A program made the position numbers and the translations under genes. From contig VJWM01000007.1 of NCBI GenBank assembly GCA_010909165.1, positions 248,001-312,000 of the forward strand: 64,000 bases of DNA, read 5' to 3'. The notes under the pieces were generated by a model that saw only the letters and a list, made by a program, of their open reading frames with translations, searched no databases and was not told where the DNA came from. Shown here piece by piece: positions 26,501-39,424 of the stretch (the first letter of the stretch is position 1; each line of letters begins with the position of its first letter). The stretch is from Anthoceros angustus (taxonomy: Eukaryota > Plantae > Anthocerotophyta).

Positions 26501-29500
26501 CCGTGAGAAATCCAGTAGGTGCTGGGTCAAAGAAATTCCCAATCCCTCCCCAAAAAGTCTTGCTGTGCCATACCTGTGATGGACAAGCATGTGCACGGGC
26601 TTCCCACCTTGCATGCCCAGCTCCTTTCCTTGCCACTCATCCTTGGAAGAAGTAGCTGCCTGCACTTCAATGACATAACGTTTAATGCCTTAAGCAATAA
26701 TACATGTGACACCAGTTAAATATGGTCAGACCATTAATCATTGTACCTTTACAAACACGAGCCAACCAAAAACATACGATTAAATTAAAACCATACCAAG
26801 TGTCGCACTGTATCCAGCAGCGGAAAAACAAGGTTCCACAGACACTGTTGCCAAAGATCCACCGAAAGCTTGTGGCCGTGGCTGCTTATTGATTGGAAGA
26901 GTGTTCTTATTGCTGAATTCCGGACCTGCAAGTTGCAATGTGGCTCAGAAAGTAGAATGCCTGCAGCTACTAGCTGAGTACAGTTTCAGATCAAGACAAA
27001 ACTCAATGAATGACAACAAACCTCTGGCCTGTCATCTGTTCCCAGTCCCTGTATGACACCATAGACTGCTAATAGCATAGCATCACAGTCCATATCAAGC
27101 CTTCTTCCTAACTGTGGAGTTTCATTTTCAACATCCTCCATGGGCTCAGGTCTGCCAGGGCCGACACTACTTAAATCGTGCCCTCTGGGACTTGGCTGTC
27201 GAGTATCTCCATCACTGAGCTTCCCTGCATGGAATCTTAGTCATAACTATGACCACTGCAATATACAGGGAGGTGCACAGGTGGCAGTGAGACATACTTG
27301 AGCCTCTAAGTTCACTTATTTCATAATTAACTCCCCTTGCAAAGAAGTCGGCCGTAGTCCACAGAAGTCCAACGGCAGTCAAGCTGATATTTATATCGAT
27401 CTGCTGTGCACCATAAGCCCCTGCAACTTCGACACATCTGTGGCACATATTCTGTTGGTGGTAGGCAAGAAAGGAGCCAACAAATTGAGACCCTGAAGGA
27501 AGGACCTTACATGTCTAGAGCATGTGCGGGAACTGATAGAAGTCCATCGTTCATAATGAAGCGCACACTCTGGTTATCACCCCACACTCTGATTACCACC
27601 TCTACATCACTCCAATCTCTTGAATTGAGTGAGAAAAAAGCCAGATTTCAAGAAGCAAGATGTGTTATGAAGCTGCCAGCACTCAGACCTGGAAACCAAG
27701 AGGGACGAGCTCCTTCTCTGAACCATTGGCAATGGCTCTGTATCGAAAGAAAAGGATATCAGGGAGTTTTGCAAAACTGAAAAGACCTCTTAGTCCAAAG
27801 AGGACATTGATCAACAGGTCCCATTCCAGGTCCAAAGATGGCACAAGGGCTGGAAGCACAAGGAAAGTCTCGACCTACCTTAGGAGCTCCAGGATACTGG
27901 GCCAGCTATGATACAACTTTTCTCCGTGACGCTGGAAAACAGGAACATGGCCATTAGTTCCAAATGGCTGGAAATATGAGGCTTGGAACAAATCTGCTGC
28001 ATCCTGAACTTGCTCACCTCCAGAACATGAAGCAAAATCTTCAAGGCACCTGAGCGAGTTTCTGCATCTGGAGCAGAGGCATACAATGTTATGAGCGGCA
28101 AAATGACTGCACACTCAAAGGCATCCAACTGAAAGCTGCCTAAGCCCCTCCGGAATGAGGCTGCAGGAGCTCCAGATTGTTCAGTGCCAGGGGTTGGACT
28201 TGCAGCAGCAACTAACTCTTCAGAGGACTGTTTGGCATCCTGTTGGATTCGGTCGCAGTGCAGAACTAAACATATAGATCTGTCCAAGGCATCCAGTGCA
28301 GCAGCTCGCACATGTAGGCTCTCATGCTGCGCCAACTGAATTCATACACAGCTTCTAATGAGAAGTGCATGAAAATGATCAAGAATTGTCATAGACTCAT
28401 TTCTTGCCTCTAGGCAAGCCAGGATTTACAGCATCCACTTACCTCCAAAATATGAGTGGTATACTGGCTCCACAAGTGTTCCGCTCCTACAGCATCAATG
28501 CATCATGAACAAAAGTTTGACCTTAGCATTGAAAAGCAGCAATTTTGCATGGAGATGGGGCTACAAGATCATCTACGTGTCTACTCAGCGAATGTCATAC
28601 AAGCTTAGCTAGAGGACAGACATACTGTGCAGATTGTAAGACAGCGTAGAGGTCATCCTCTCAAGCGCAAACATCTTCAATGGGGCTTGAGAACTTGCTG
28701 CGCTGACAGGGTTCGATACAGTGCTGCTACTTCCAGATGCTGCTGATCCAAGCCCGTTTGTGACTCCAATCAGTGCATTATTTGAAACTATCCGTAGCGC
28801 TGACAGAAGTGCAGATACGGCAGATGTGCTCATCATCGCCGAGCTCTCAAAAAGCTGGGGCAAACAGCCATTTCATCAGTGCTCAAGATGCAGGCACATG
28901 CTATCTCCTGCTCATAAGATGCAGGCACATGTGATCTCACTACACATTAGACTCAGTCACATGCTTCCTCAATAAGTATTTGCAAGGAATAGTACCTGCG
29001 CATCAAGAACTGACAGAATACTAAAGTCACTTGGCTGGTTGCCAGTATCACGACTAGCCTTTGGAACCACTGCAGAAAATTCCTGGAAACCACCTCACCA
29101 CATCACTTCAGTCAAAAGTCACCTTGAGTGCCTCTTGCACAGCTTTAGGCTATTTCATGCCATACTTCACATTATCAGCAAGAACTGCCCAGTCTGATGA
29201 CGATGTGCATGTCTAGAGATCGATTGTGGACTACAAAATCAAAGGAAATCATTATATACCTGAGTGGTTGCATGGGGTGAGTGTATAATGCGGTCTAAGA
29301 TTGCCAGCGTCTCCAGAACCTACAAAACGTGGATAGCCTGCTTCATCAATGCCGTACTGGTATAACAGAACACAGCTTGTCAGCAAGAAATTCATCTCAA
29401 GAAGGACATCAGGAGATCGTTAAGGGACGTACCAGCACCCAAGACGGTCCAAGGACACAATTCAAGCGATGGGATATGTTAAAAAGGGTCCGTAAAGCCT

Positions 29501-32500
29501 GCAGAGCATCAAAGCGATGTGAATTTGACTGCATGAATTTGACTGTTGGTAGCACGATGAGAATACTTCAATGCTGCAGCTTGTAGCTGTAGAATCAAGA
29601 GTTACGCGGGAAAACCTTATGGGTGGATTCCAATCAGAGGTGCATCACCAGGCACCCACATCTAGTAGCCTCCCAATACAGCAAAAGCTCTGGTAAAGCC
29701 TAACTAAGTTTTGCCAAGTGAGAATGAAACCTGAACATTTTTCGAAGAGAGGACAATGACATCTCGCTCAGCAGATTGTTCAATACGTTTATTCCCAGTA
29801 TTACTTCCACCACTGCATGAGAGCAAACGGGCAAACAAAAAAGTGCCTCAGAGTAACATCTCATTCTGGCATTCCAGAGGCAAGTTTATTTCACAGAATG
29901 AAGCCAATTTGCTTCCTCCTTAAAGTTGACACGGAAAGATATGAAAGAAAGCAACGTACCCATGTTTCTCTGGTTCAAACTGCTGGGCCAGCGCGAACTT
30001 GCACAGTGAAGCCAGAAAAGCATCTCGAGCTTCAACGGCTTTAAGAACACCACAAGCCTGCAGCACATGAAGCCCCCAGTTTTGTGTCAGATAAACCATG
30101 CATACATTTCAGCTTGTTCAGTGACTGCAGATATAACAAGGAACAACCAATAAGCCAGACCTGGGTAAAAGCTTGATATCCCTTAAGGATCTCTAGAACA
30201 ATTGCCTCACCGTGTGATCTACAGACAGAGATGACATCATTTGCAAGTTACAAGGAGGAAGACATGACTGAAGTTTCAACCAACATAAAGGAATCCATCT
30301 TCACCTGGAGAGCACAAGAGAAAGTGCATCCAGAAGTGTTATCCAGACAGCATTAACCATAGCATTACAGATATTTGCTAGCTCTCCTCCTTTTGAAGCT
30401 GTTGACTGGGCGGCTGTCAAGTCGTATCTTGGGGAATCCAGCTTTAACAGAACAAAAGTCAGTGCCTCTTGCTTGTAGTACGCTATCTAGGCAGGGACAA
30501 GATTGAAAACTCCTTACATAACGTAACTTTAGTAGTTTAGAGGAAACAAACTGAAATCCCAGGGGCATTGAGCTAATCACCTCACCAGTGTCGATTGCCT
30601 CATCTGTCAAAGTGGCAATCGTGAAAACAACACCCAACAAGCCTTCCACAGCTAATGTTATTGCATGTGCTTCACTTGCAACCATCACAGCAACACCACT
30701 AGCATCATATTCCATGGTCCATTCCTCACCTGCAGCTTCAATTGTGATAGGCCAATTAGATCAGCTGATACGAGGAGGTTAATATCTCCAATCACTGCTT
30801 ATTGCTCATATGCACAAGCCAGTCAGGTTGAAAGGTGGGTCTAAACAAACTAAATGAGAGGACAGATTGTACCCTTTGCTTTACTATTGAACATGCCAGC
30901 CACAGCTGCAAGGGACTCTTCAGCAGACTCTGAGCCCTAATAGTGCAAGCAATCCATGAACATATCAGCCCCCAGTTTTAGCACTGCAAGCTGAAAATAG
31001 AGGCAACCACATATACATCAATAGCTGCAAGTTTGCAACACAGCCCTTAACGGTAAGAATCTATTGCAAGTCATACAAGCAGTAACTTTGCACAAGCTAT
31101 CACCTGGACACTGCATACGACATGGGCCAACACATGCACAATATCGGCAACAATGTTGGTATTCCTTTCGCGCCTATAGAGGTACACATCTGTCAGATTC
31201 TTTCATGTGAACCACACTACATGCACTCTTGCGTTATACCACGTCAGATGATCTGCAGAGCCTGCCAAAACTGTCACTCCCAAATGCCTGAGCATTTGGA
31301 CAAAGAAAGGCCATTTCACTTACATGTCAAAAGTCTGGAAAAGCAGACGTAGCACCCTTGCTTCAACACAAAAACCCTGAAAGAGCGCAAGTCATTTCAC
31401 ACAAAGATCCTAGAGTTACAGAAGCTTGCACTGTCTGGAGACACATACACAACACCCTTGCTACATACCCGCAACACCTCGAGGACCATAATTCGGTGCC
31501 AGAGTGGCAAGTCAAGATCTGCACTTTTGATGAGCATGCTTAGGAAAACCTGCACCATCCATGCATAATCATATTCACACACCAACCACTGTCAAAGGGA
31601 GAAATAACAGCCTGCAAAAGGAGACACATGTACCTCGCACTCAGTGGTCACAATGGAACAATATAACCTTGTCACATTCGACACAGAGCGCAATACCAGG
31701 CGACGATATGCTGGCTCAGATACTTCGCCGTCACCCTGAAAGATCACAACAGTCACAACAATGAGGAATTTCTAGCATTTCCCAATACCATCAAAACCAT
31801 TAAGAGATACACTAATGAAACCTTGCTGGAAAAGAAAAAACATCTGTACATTGGTGCCAGAGCGTAACACTAGCCGACGATAGGCAGGCTCCGACACTTC
31901 TCCATCACCCTAGAAGCACCAGAGCAAGCAACTGGAGTCTCTTGAGGAGACTTGGAAAGCTACGGTTTGTCTAAAGTGAATTCTGGAACAATGGTGAGAC
32001 ATTGATAGGGGCATGCTCCAGCTAACCTCACGAGTTGCACGCAGTGAAGTCATTAGAAGTGAACAGATTTGATGGCGAAGCACCTGAATCAGTAGCAAAG
32101 TGGGCATTAACAACATGCACCGTGAGCAGAAAGAGAAGAGTTTGAGGAGCCTGAGCACCTGCTCATAGGGACCGAGCTTTCTAAAGATGGCCACGTAGTG
32201 TGCGATAACATACCTGCACACAGTCAGAAGACGGTCACAACCTGTGCACTAGAGCATTGAATCCAGGACAGACCACTTCGTTGGCAACATATTCACTCAC
32301 TCGAGCATGTCAAGAGAGAAAGTCCTCTGAAGAGAGGGAACTTGAAGCCAGTTTGCCTACAGACAAAGTTTAGGAGGCGTGTTAGGCTCTGGAGCTCCAA
32401 AGAATAAATACCAAGAAAATTGAACACATCAACGAAGGAGTGTATATTAGGATTGAATGCTACCGGCCCTCCACCAGCTAAAGAAGTGAGATCCTCAAGC

Positions 32501-33872
32501 AAGCGAAGACCTAGTCTTCCTGCTTGTGTGAGACTCTCCCTGGAGACCTGAGTATGTGGGTGTTCGTCAATGACAGTTTCGACAGCTCTGCTTTCACAAA
32601 ACAGAAACCATTGGAAAAGTTACAGAATGCACATCTTTTGACTTGCCCTCGCATTTGAAGTTGGAGGCAACTAGACATGGCTTGGGATGTAAACGTACTT
32701 TGCAGCAATTATGCTCCTACTGACATCTCCTGAAACTGAATTCGACCGAGAATTTCTGCTACTAGTTCCTGGTTTTTGTACTGGAAGTGATTCAGCAGCT
32801 ACAACACGGTCGAAGATTAGTGCCACGGCTTGTCGTAAAGTTGCAGCTGCTGTGCTGTTACAAGACAGAAATTTCATCAACATAGAATCAGCTTGAGTGA
32901 CCCTTGGAAGCTTTGAAATGGACACAATCCAGCTGACCTAATTCTTGGACAGAACTATCTGTCACCAAACCAGTCAGAAGAAACTATACAGAAGGGCTCG
33001 TACATTGCTTGGGAAAGGAGTTGCCACGTGCCTGTGTACACTATCTGCGTTGCGATTGTTTCCAATGAGGCGCAGACAGATTCCTAAAATGATTGCCATA
33101 CTATCCTGCAAAACATAACCGGCTTCAGAAGAGGCAGCAGCAAATGATACGATGTCAATCCTACAGTGCAATCAAACTAAAACAATGATAATGAGCTGAA
33201 GCATGATTTTAGTCAGAGTCACTTGCCTCATCTGTGGGATGCAGTTGAGACTGCAGAATTGTCAAAACGGTCTGCAGTGTCTTCAGCTGCACACTCTCAT
33301 CATTGAGATCCGAGTGCTGGACACAAAAGAGAAGGCGAACCTCAGGTGTATGTTCCCGAAAATGACAAGGTCGATGAGAATGAGTACGTATAGTGTCGTG
33401 AGCCTTGCTTCCAAGGTGACTTACATCTCTGAGAGTCGAGATGATTGCTGGCAAAGCCGTGCTCGAGACAGCATCGTGCGCAATGAGCTTCTGAAGGCAC
33501 GACAAGCCAATTGCACTCAACTTCACATTCTTGGGTTCACAGGCCAGCAAGAATATCTTGAGAACATCATCATTTCGTGCAATTTGGGTTGGGTCGGACA
33601 GTGTTCGGAGCTGCGAGATAGGTTCCCAAGCAAGTTAGCAGGCATGAGTTGTGAGCAGAAAAACATGCACGTTACACACACACACGACATCATCTCCTGA
33701 GCTGAGAAGACGGTCAAATCGAGATTCATGAAGCGCATCCAATGCGGAGGCAATGAGAGTGAAATACTTTGAGGATGGCATGCTCGGCCCCGTCCTTGAC
33801 GGCTGGATACTTGCGCCGTGCTTCGGATGACAGTGCCCGCAAATCGGCCTCCAACACAGCCATGAAAGCCAT
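23507..33872 (-). CDS. MON2: Protein MON2 homolog (Sec7-related ARM scaffold), many short exons
   Basis: MAFMAVLEADLRALSSEARRKYPAVKDGAEHAILK; IGLSCLQKLIAHDA; TAAATLRQAVALIFDRV; SEAHAITLAVEGLLGVVF; DINISLTAVGLLWT; LCELVTSREGRVKQLL..LVASELGL..*. Confidence 0.95.
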
Positions 33873-35331
33873 GATGCCTGACGAGGTCGCCGAATTTGAG
33901 AGCAATGCTGACTATCTTTGTGATGGGGGCGGTGCCATCCTGACCTAGAAGCCTGCAGCTCCTGGAGCTGGTGACGAGAGGGGAGCCCAGCACCTCAATC
34001 GGTGTCAACAGAGTGCTGGCAGCTAGTGAGCCCAAAGAAACGCTGGCATCTGCTTTGCTCAAACCCCAGCACAAGCATCTTGAAGATCCCGCATGAGATG
34101 GACTGATGTTGCGCGATCCCCGAAATAGACTGTCCAGGAGCAGTAGCAGAGCCGATGGGGCGCATTTCGCACTCTCGCAGGCGAGCTGGGGGCCTGAACT
34201 AGTGACAGGCAGGCGTGGCTATGTCCCAATTGGGGCCTGGCCTGGCCTGGCCTGGCCTGCCTAGAGATGTGAGAGAAGCATCATGGAAACAGGGCAGTTT
34301 GCTTGTGGACGATTGGGCGCAATGGGTCACAGACGCCGAAAGCGTGTGCCTGATCGAGGCGACATAGCCTGCTACAGCAGCATGGATCTGGACTTGGGAA
34401 AGACTGTAATTTTTTGACTCGACCGTGTCTCTTGTCCGGTCCGGTTCTCCCCGGGCCGGTCCAGCCCGTTGCCAACCGAGCGAATAATAAAGACCTACCC
34501 GGCTTCATTCGAGAATTGGTGCAAACTATGGCGTTTGATAAGGACTGTGGTGTACGCATACAGTTTCTCTCCTCGTGGCTGGAGATGGAATAGCGCATCT
34601 CGGAATTTTGCGCCGAACTGCGGAGGAAGAAAAGGGCTTGGCTGCGACAGCTGTGAAATCGATGCTATTTGTTCCTTGTTCGCTATTTCATCAGGTTTTC
34701 CACAAAACCGGAGGATCAGGAGCTACAAAGCGATTGCTTGGCGATGCAAAGCCACGGACGGAGACTAGGGCTCCAGTTGCTTCTAGGGTGCTTCTCTGCA
34801 CACACACATAGAAGCTCAGGGTGTTCCACTCATTCCAATTACCACAACGAGCTGCAAGAGAATTGTAACACTTATGTCCACTTTCAGGAGATGGTTGGCC
34901 AAAAAGCTGCTGTGCCTTGAGCATACGGGGTAGAAGTCCAGTGATGTGCCTTAGCTTAATTCGGCTTTAGAGCGGTTGTCGATACCGAACTGCACGAGGA
35001 GATGTAGAACAGTACCTACTAGTAGCACGAACTGCGAATTGTAATCCATCATCGGCTTATGATGCCTTGGTTTCGCCCTGGTCATTATGAGGTGATTTGC
35101 TTGGAACATGGATAGGATTAGGAGAGCTTCACGACGGAATGCAACACAACACAATACGCGATTGTTGTCGACTATCTCCATGGTATGTACATAAAATTTA
35201 CACACTTGAAATCCAATTCGATCCACATTTGCAAAAGCCCAAGCCATCCATATTGTTATGTTCTTAGCTATCACAACTCACTGAAGTCTTTGAAAGCACG
35301 AAGTCTGATGGCTTCGACCAGCGACAGGCGG

Positions 35332-35967
35332 CTACTTGTTCCTTGTACGATACGTGGACTCGTCGATTTCTATTCCCTCGTCCCTCTCCCTTTCCTCTGA
35401 CGATTTCTCCTTGGTACTAAGGCCTCCCTTGCGTCCCATATTCTGGTAGCCCTCTCTCCCCAACTGCTCCCGCCTGGTGTGACCTCCTTTGCATCTCCCT
35501 GCAATCCACAAACAAATCGTCAAATATTCACCAACGGGGTTAACGAGCAGGCAGGTGCGTGAGCCAAGTGGGACTGCAAGTACGCATAAGGATCTCATAC
35601 CTTCTGCCAGGCGCTCCTGCGTTTCCAAAGTCTTGCCGCCAGTTCCCCCCGGGACCACGGTCTCGCCCTTCTCCCTCACCTTCCGATCGAGCTTCCTCCT
35701 CTCCTTCTCAGGTAGGCTCTTGGTAGGAGGAGCGCACTCAGAATCCTCCACTCCGCTCCGTTTGCCTGGCGGAGCGCGCTCTTCAGGTGCTCGCTTATCT
35801 TCCCCTCCTTCCTCTTCCTCCCCCGCGTCCTCTTCCCCTTCCTCCCCTTCCTCCTCCATCTCCTCCTCTACTTCCTCTTGCTCCTCCCGCTTCCGTTCCT
35901 GCTCCTCCTCCTCCTCCTCCTTCTTCCTCGGATCACCTCCCTTGCGCACCGCCTTCTTGGTCGACAT
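35332..35967 (-). CDS. Em / group 1 LEA (LEA_5) protein with long acidic N-terminal extension; intron 35499-35600
   Basis: [23 protein letters not shown]|[29 protein letters not shown]...[15 protein letters not shown]; intron at the usual Em position. Confidence 0.9.
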   Translation of the reverse strand: MSTKKAVRKGGDPRKKEEEEEEQERKREEQEEVEEEMEEEGEEGEEDAGEEEEGGEDKRAPEERAPPGKRSGVEDSECAPPTKSLPEKERRKLDRKVREKGETVVPGGTGGKTLETQERLAEGMRSLCVLAVPLGSRTCLLVNPVGEYLTICLWIAGRCKGGHTRREQLGREGYQNMGRKGGLSTKEKSSEERERDEGIEIDESTYRTRNK

Positions 35968-36069
35968 CTCTATATGCACACACAGTCATCGGATGGTGTC
36001 AGTGGCAATCAGAATTCTCATTCCTATATAACTTCCCAAGTCCTTCTGTCAGTTCCTTCACTACCTACC

Positions 36070-38830
36070 TGACGGGAAGCGCTAGCTGCTCTGCCACAGA
36101 TGATCCGATGATCCAACTCTTAAGCGAATGTGGAATGTGTAGTTCCAAGGCCTTCCGTACTTCAGTATTCAAGCTCCGTCGATCCATAAGGCGAATGTTG
36201 AGAAACGAGCTTAAATTTCACAAGGAAGCAAAATCAGCGCTGGCTACCATGGCGGTGGCAAACCACCTCACTGGCTGAAAACTGCAGACATTGCAAGACG
36301 CGCGCCAATGCTGCTCGCTTGCCACGACTGGCGTTCTCATGTCACCTCGATACCAGTCCACCCGCCAGTGCCTAGAGGCTACGCCTCAAGGTGTACCTTT
36401 CGTGCTAAACTGTCTTGTACATACCGATGTACATACATACTCTTTTCATTTTAATAGTAACGTTCTATACCCGAGATGTGTGGCCTCCGCAGCATCAAAC
36501 AAACTCCTCGGTGCAAGATCGAAGAAAACAAGCTGATTCGTTGGCTTTGACTCCTGAGATGCTGGTACCGTCCTGAGCCAAGGCCATGCGCGGTTACAAT
36601 CTTGAAACATTGGAGAGAAGCGGCGCGGAAGGGACACGGATTAGGCTATCCCAGCGCTGAGCGGCATGGAAGTAACCATCGCAGCGTGCGCGGCAGACAT
36701 CGACGAGCTGGTGGAGGCCTTTGCTGAGGTGCCCTGCGTGCTCTGCTCTGCATTTTTCTTGCTGCCGGAACGCGCGATTTGGCCTGCCTGCTTGCCTGCC
36801 ATAGCAGTATGAACCGGGATACAATTCATCCAGCTTTTTCGGCAAGAAATCCGCTGCTGCTTGCTCCTCTCGCGCTCCTTGTGTGACTTGAACCATGTTA
36901 TTCCTCATCACTATCCGATCCTTCGTCATTCTCATTTCCCTCGCCCTAATGTACGCCTATCCCGCTTTTCACTTTCCTGCCCTGCTTTCCGCTCTTCTCA
37001 TCCTCTTCTTCAATTCCATCCTGCCATTGTTTGTGTCTGCATTTCTCTTCCTCTTTGTCAATCCCCTCTTCTTTCTCTTCTCCTGTTTCATTCTTCTTCT
37101 GGCCCTCGCCTCTTCCTACATCTGGTGACTGGAGCTTTGTGAACATGTCCGAAAATGAGATGATGATTCTGGCTTCTGCGCTTTCCTGTTGCTGTCGTTG
37201 CCGCTTTTTCTCACCTCCAACCATTGGACTGTGCATCGTCGCCTGCTAATTTGTTCAGTGTATCATATGCTGGCTCTAGATTGAGGGGACCGGACTCCTT
37301 CAAATGAAGGAGCTATGGAGGGCTCGGAACTTCTCCTTCATCCATGACGCCCGACCGAAGGATATACTGCCGTCGTTTTACATGCAGTGCCTATACTCTG
37401 CTGCGCTGAGTGAGTGGCACTTTTGGAAAGGAGACTTCTGCAAATGTGTTTTTCCAATCCTTACTGATTCCCCTGGGGACTCATCAATGCCCTGTCATGT
37501 CTGGCAGATCATGTTAGCAGCGGAGACGAGTCGGTTTTCGCCAAGGTGGGGGCTGTGTATGTTCTCTACATCCTGTATGAAACACAGTTGTTCCAACCAC
37601 GCTTCAAAATCTATCTATCCTTGGGTAATTCATGACTCCAGGAGTCCAAATATGCATTTGGTCGCAATCAATCGATCATCTCCCACTTTAGCCCATGACA
37701 AGACTTTGTCGGCAGTGCAGAGGACCTGGAAGCCATGCGCAACCTTTTGAAGCAGCTCAAGTTCAGATATTTGGATATGGCCTTGAAGGTGGTGCACAAA
37801 ATGTTTGTCAACAAGGTGTTCCTCTATGGATCAGTGGCCGTGGATCAAAATCGAATTGCTGCTGCCGCTACCAGGCTAGCAGGTGATGTTGCTTCTCGGC
37901 TTGCTCGCACACGCTCAAGGCATTTCTCGCATACCTACTCGAGTATTATTATTTGTCAGATTGCAAGGGAAGGAAGACGTCATCCTCTCTGTGTGCGGGC
38001 CAGCTCAGTGTGGGGGTGGTCCGTGTTTGTTCTCTGGATGCAGGTTGCTGGCTAACGCGTCTCTTCGCCAACATCTCCATGGAAACCTGGTAAGTTGGTA
38101 TGAGCTGTCCGCTTCCCAGGTTTGCTTTCTAAATGGCTTAAGGGAAACTCAGCCTGATTATTTCACTGCACGATTTTGTCTCAGTTGTTGCTGGTTCGTG
38201 CCGCAGGTGGACGAACCTTTGCTAAATACACTTGTGCTACGAACAAAGGCCTACGTTGATGCTCGGCACGAAGTGTGCAGTGGTACTGCTGTTGTCTTCA
38301 CTGAGTTTGTATTAGTAATATTGTTGCCACTTCCTCACTGGAGGTATGATTGATCATCAGGAAATGGGGCTTTGCTTGAAGAGGAGAGAGAGGGTCTCAG
38401 GTCAACAGGTGCAGGATTTGGGGATGTTTTGAAAAAAGAAGTGGACTCGTGGGTTGCTCAAAGGTCTGCAATAACCGAGGAGCATACGGTATGCATTCCC
38501 CATCCTTTGTGCGAGTGGCTGTGATCTTTTTCTTCGGATGTCGTGTGTAAATTAATTTGTCCCGGTGTGCAGCGAATGGAGCCAATGCTGTTGGATAACC
38601 AGGAGCGGGCAAGTCCAAGTTCAAGATTCGGTGGTAATTGCTGCTGGCGGTTGGGTGCAGTTTTTTGTCGGTGGTGTAAACGTCTGTTTCATGGTTGCTT
38701 TGTGCGGTGTTGCAGGTGACGGAGGCCTCGATGGCGGTGGCTTCACTGGGTTCTTAGACGAGGAGGATGAGCCTGACGATGCAGAAGAGAGCGCGTATGC
38801 GGCCGAACTGAATTTACTTTTGGATGAAGT
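36070..38830. pseudogene. Decayed coding-like relics of unidentified gene(s)/TE
   Basis: Long stop-interrupted frames with Cys/His clusters (minus strand, 36.1-37.7 kb) and exon-like fragments (plus strand, 37.7-38.8 kb); no family recognised. Confidence 0.3.
38724..38820 (+). repeat. Left copy of diverged ~100-bp direct repeat bracketing the kinase cassette
   Basis: ggcctcgatggcggtggcttcac...gaggatgag..tgacga.g..gaagagag.gc.tatgcggccga.ctgaattt. Confidence 0.85.
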
Positions 38831-39206
38831 ATGACAGTCACCAGACTAGGTGATTATCAATGCGTGTTTTGTTCTTTGTTCATTTGACTCATTTGACAAA
38901 AGGTAGATACATAGGGAAGATTCTCATCCTAGAGGTCTCACACAAGCGAACCCGGGATGCAGTCGGGAAACAAGATCAAAAAACTAATCAATGATAATAT
39001 TCTAGATGCAATATTCCAGAAAAGTAAATCTACAGCGTAAGAAATCTAGGAGGATTTAGAGAACCCAAGAGAATTTGGGTGCATAAAACTATTGAATATG
39101 AGAACTTCGTAATTAACCCCGGAACGCCTGAGGGTGTTTTGACCCTTCTTCGGCTTCTTTTGTGATGATTGATTAAAAAATAAATTACTTTTATGAACTA
39201 AAAATA

Positions 39207-39249
39207 TTTTCAATTACCATGTGTGACAAGAACACATGGTAATTGAAAA
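39207..39249. other. Perfect 18-bp-stem hairpin 3' of kinase gene
   Basis: TTTTCAATTACCATGTGT-gacaaga-ACACATGGTAATTGAAAA. Confidence 0.9.
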
Positions 39250-39424
39250 CCCTCTATCCATGTTGTCTCTACAAAAGGTTGTGTGTCTCCACGGTGACGA
39301 GGAGGTGCATGGCATTCTAATGATGAGGTGCATGGCATTTTAGTTTTTTTAATTTTCAATGAATAATGGGAAGAAAGTCATGGATGGCAAGACTCCGTTG
39401 ACAGTATTCCCCGTTAAAAAAATA

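Noticed and set aside
35489-36278. Ser-rich and Pro-rich plus-strand ORFs
   Set aside because: Antisense shadows of the Glu-rich Em extension
39113-39145. piggyBac-like terminus TTAA|CCCCGGAACGCC
   Set aside because: No matching inverted partner end found in the window
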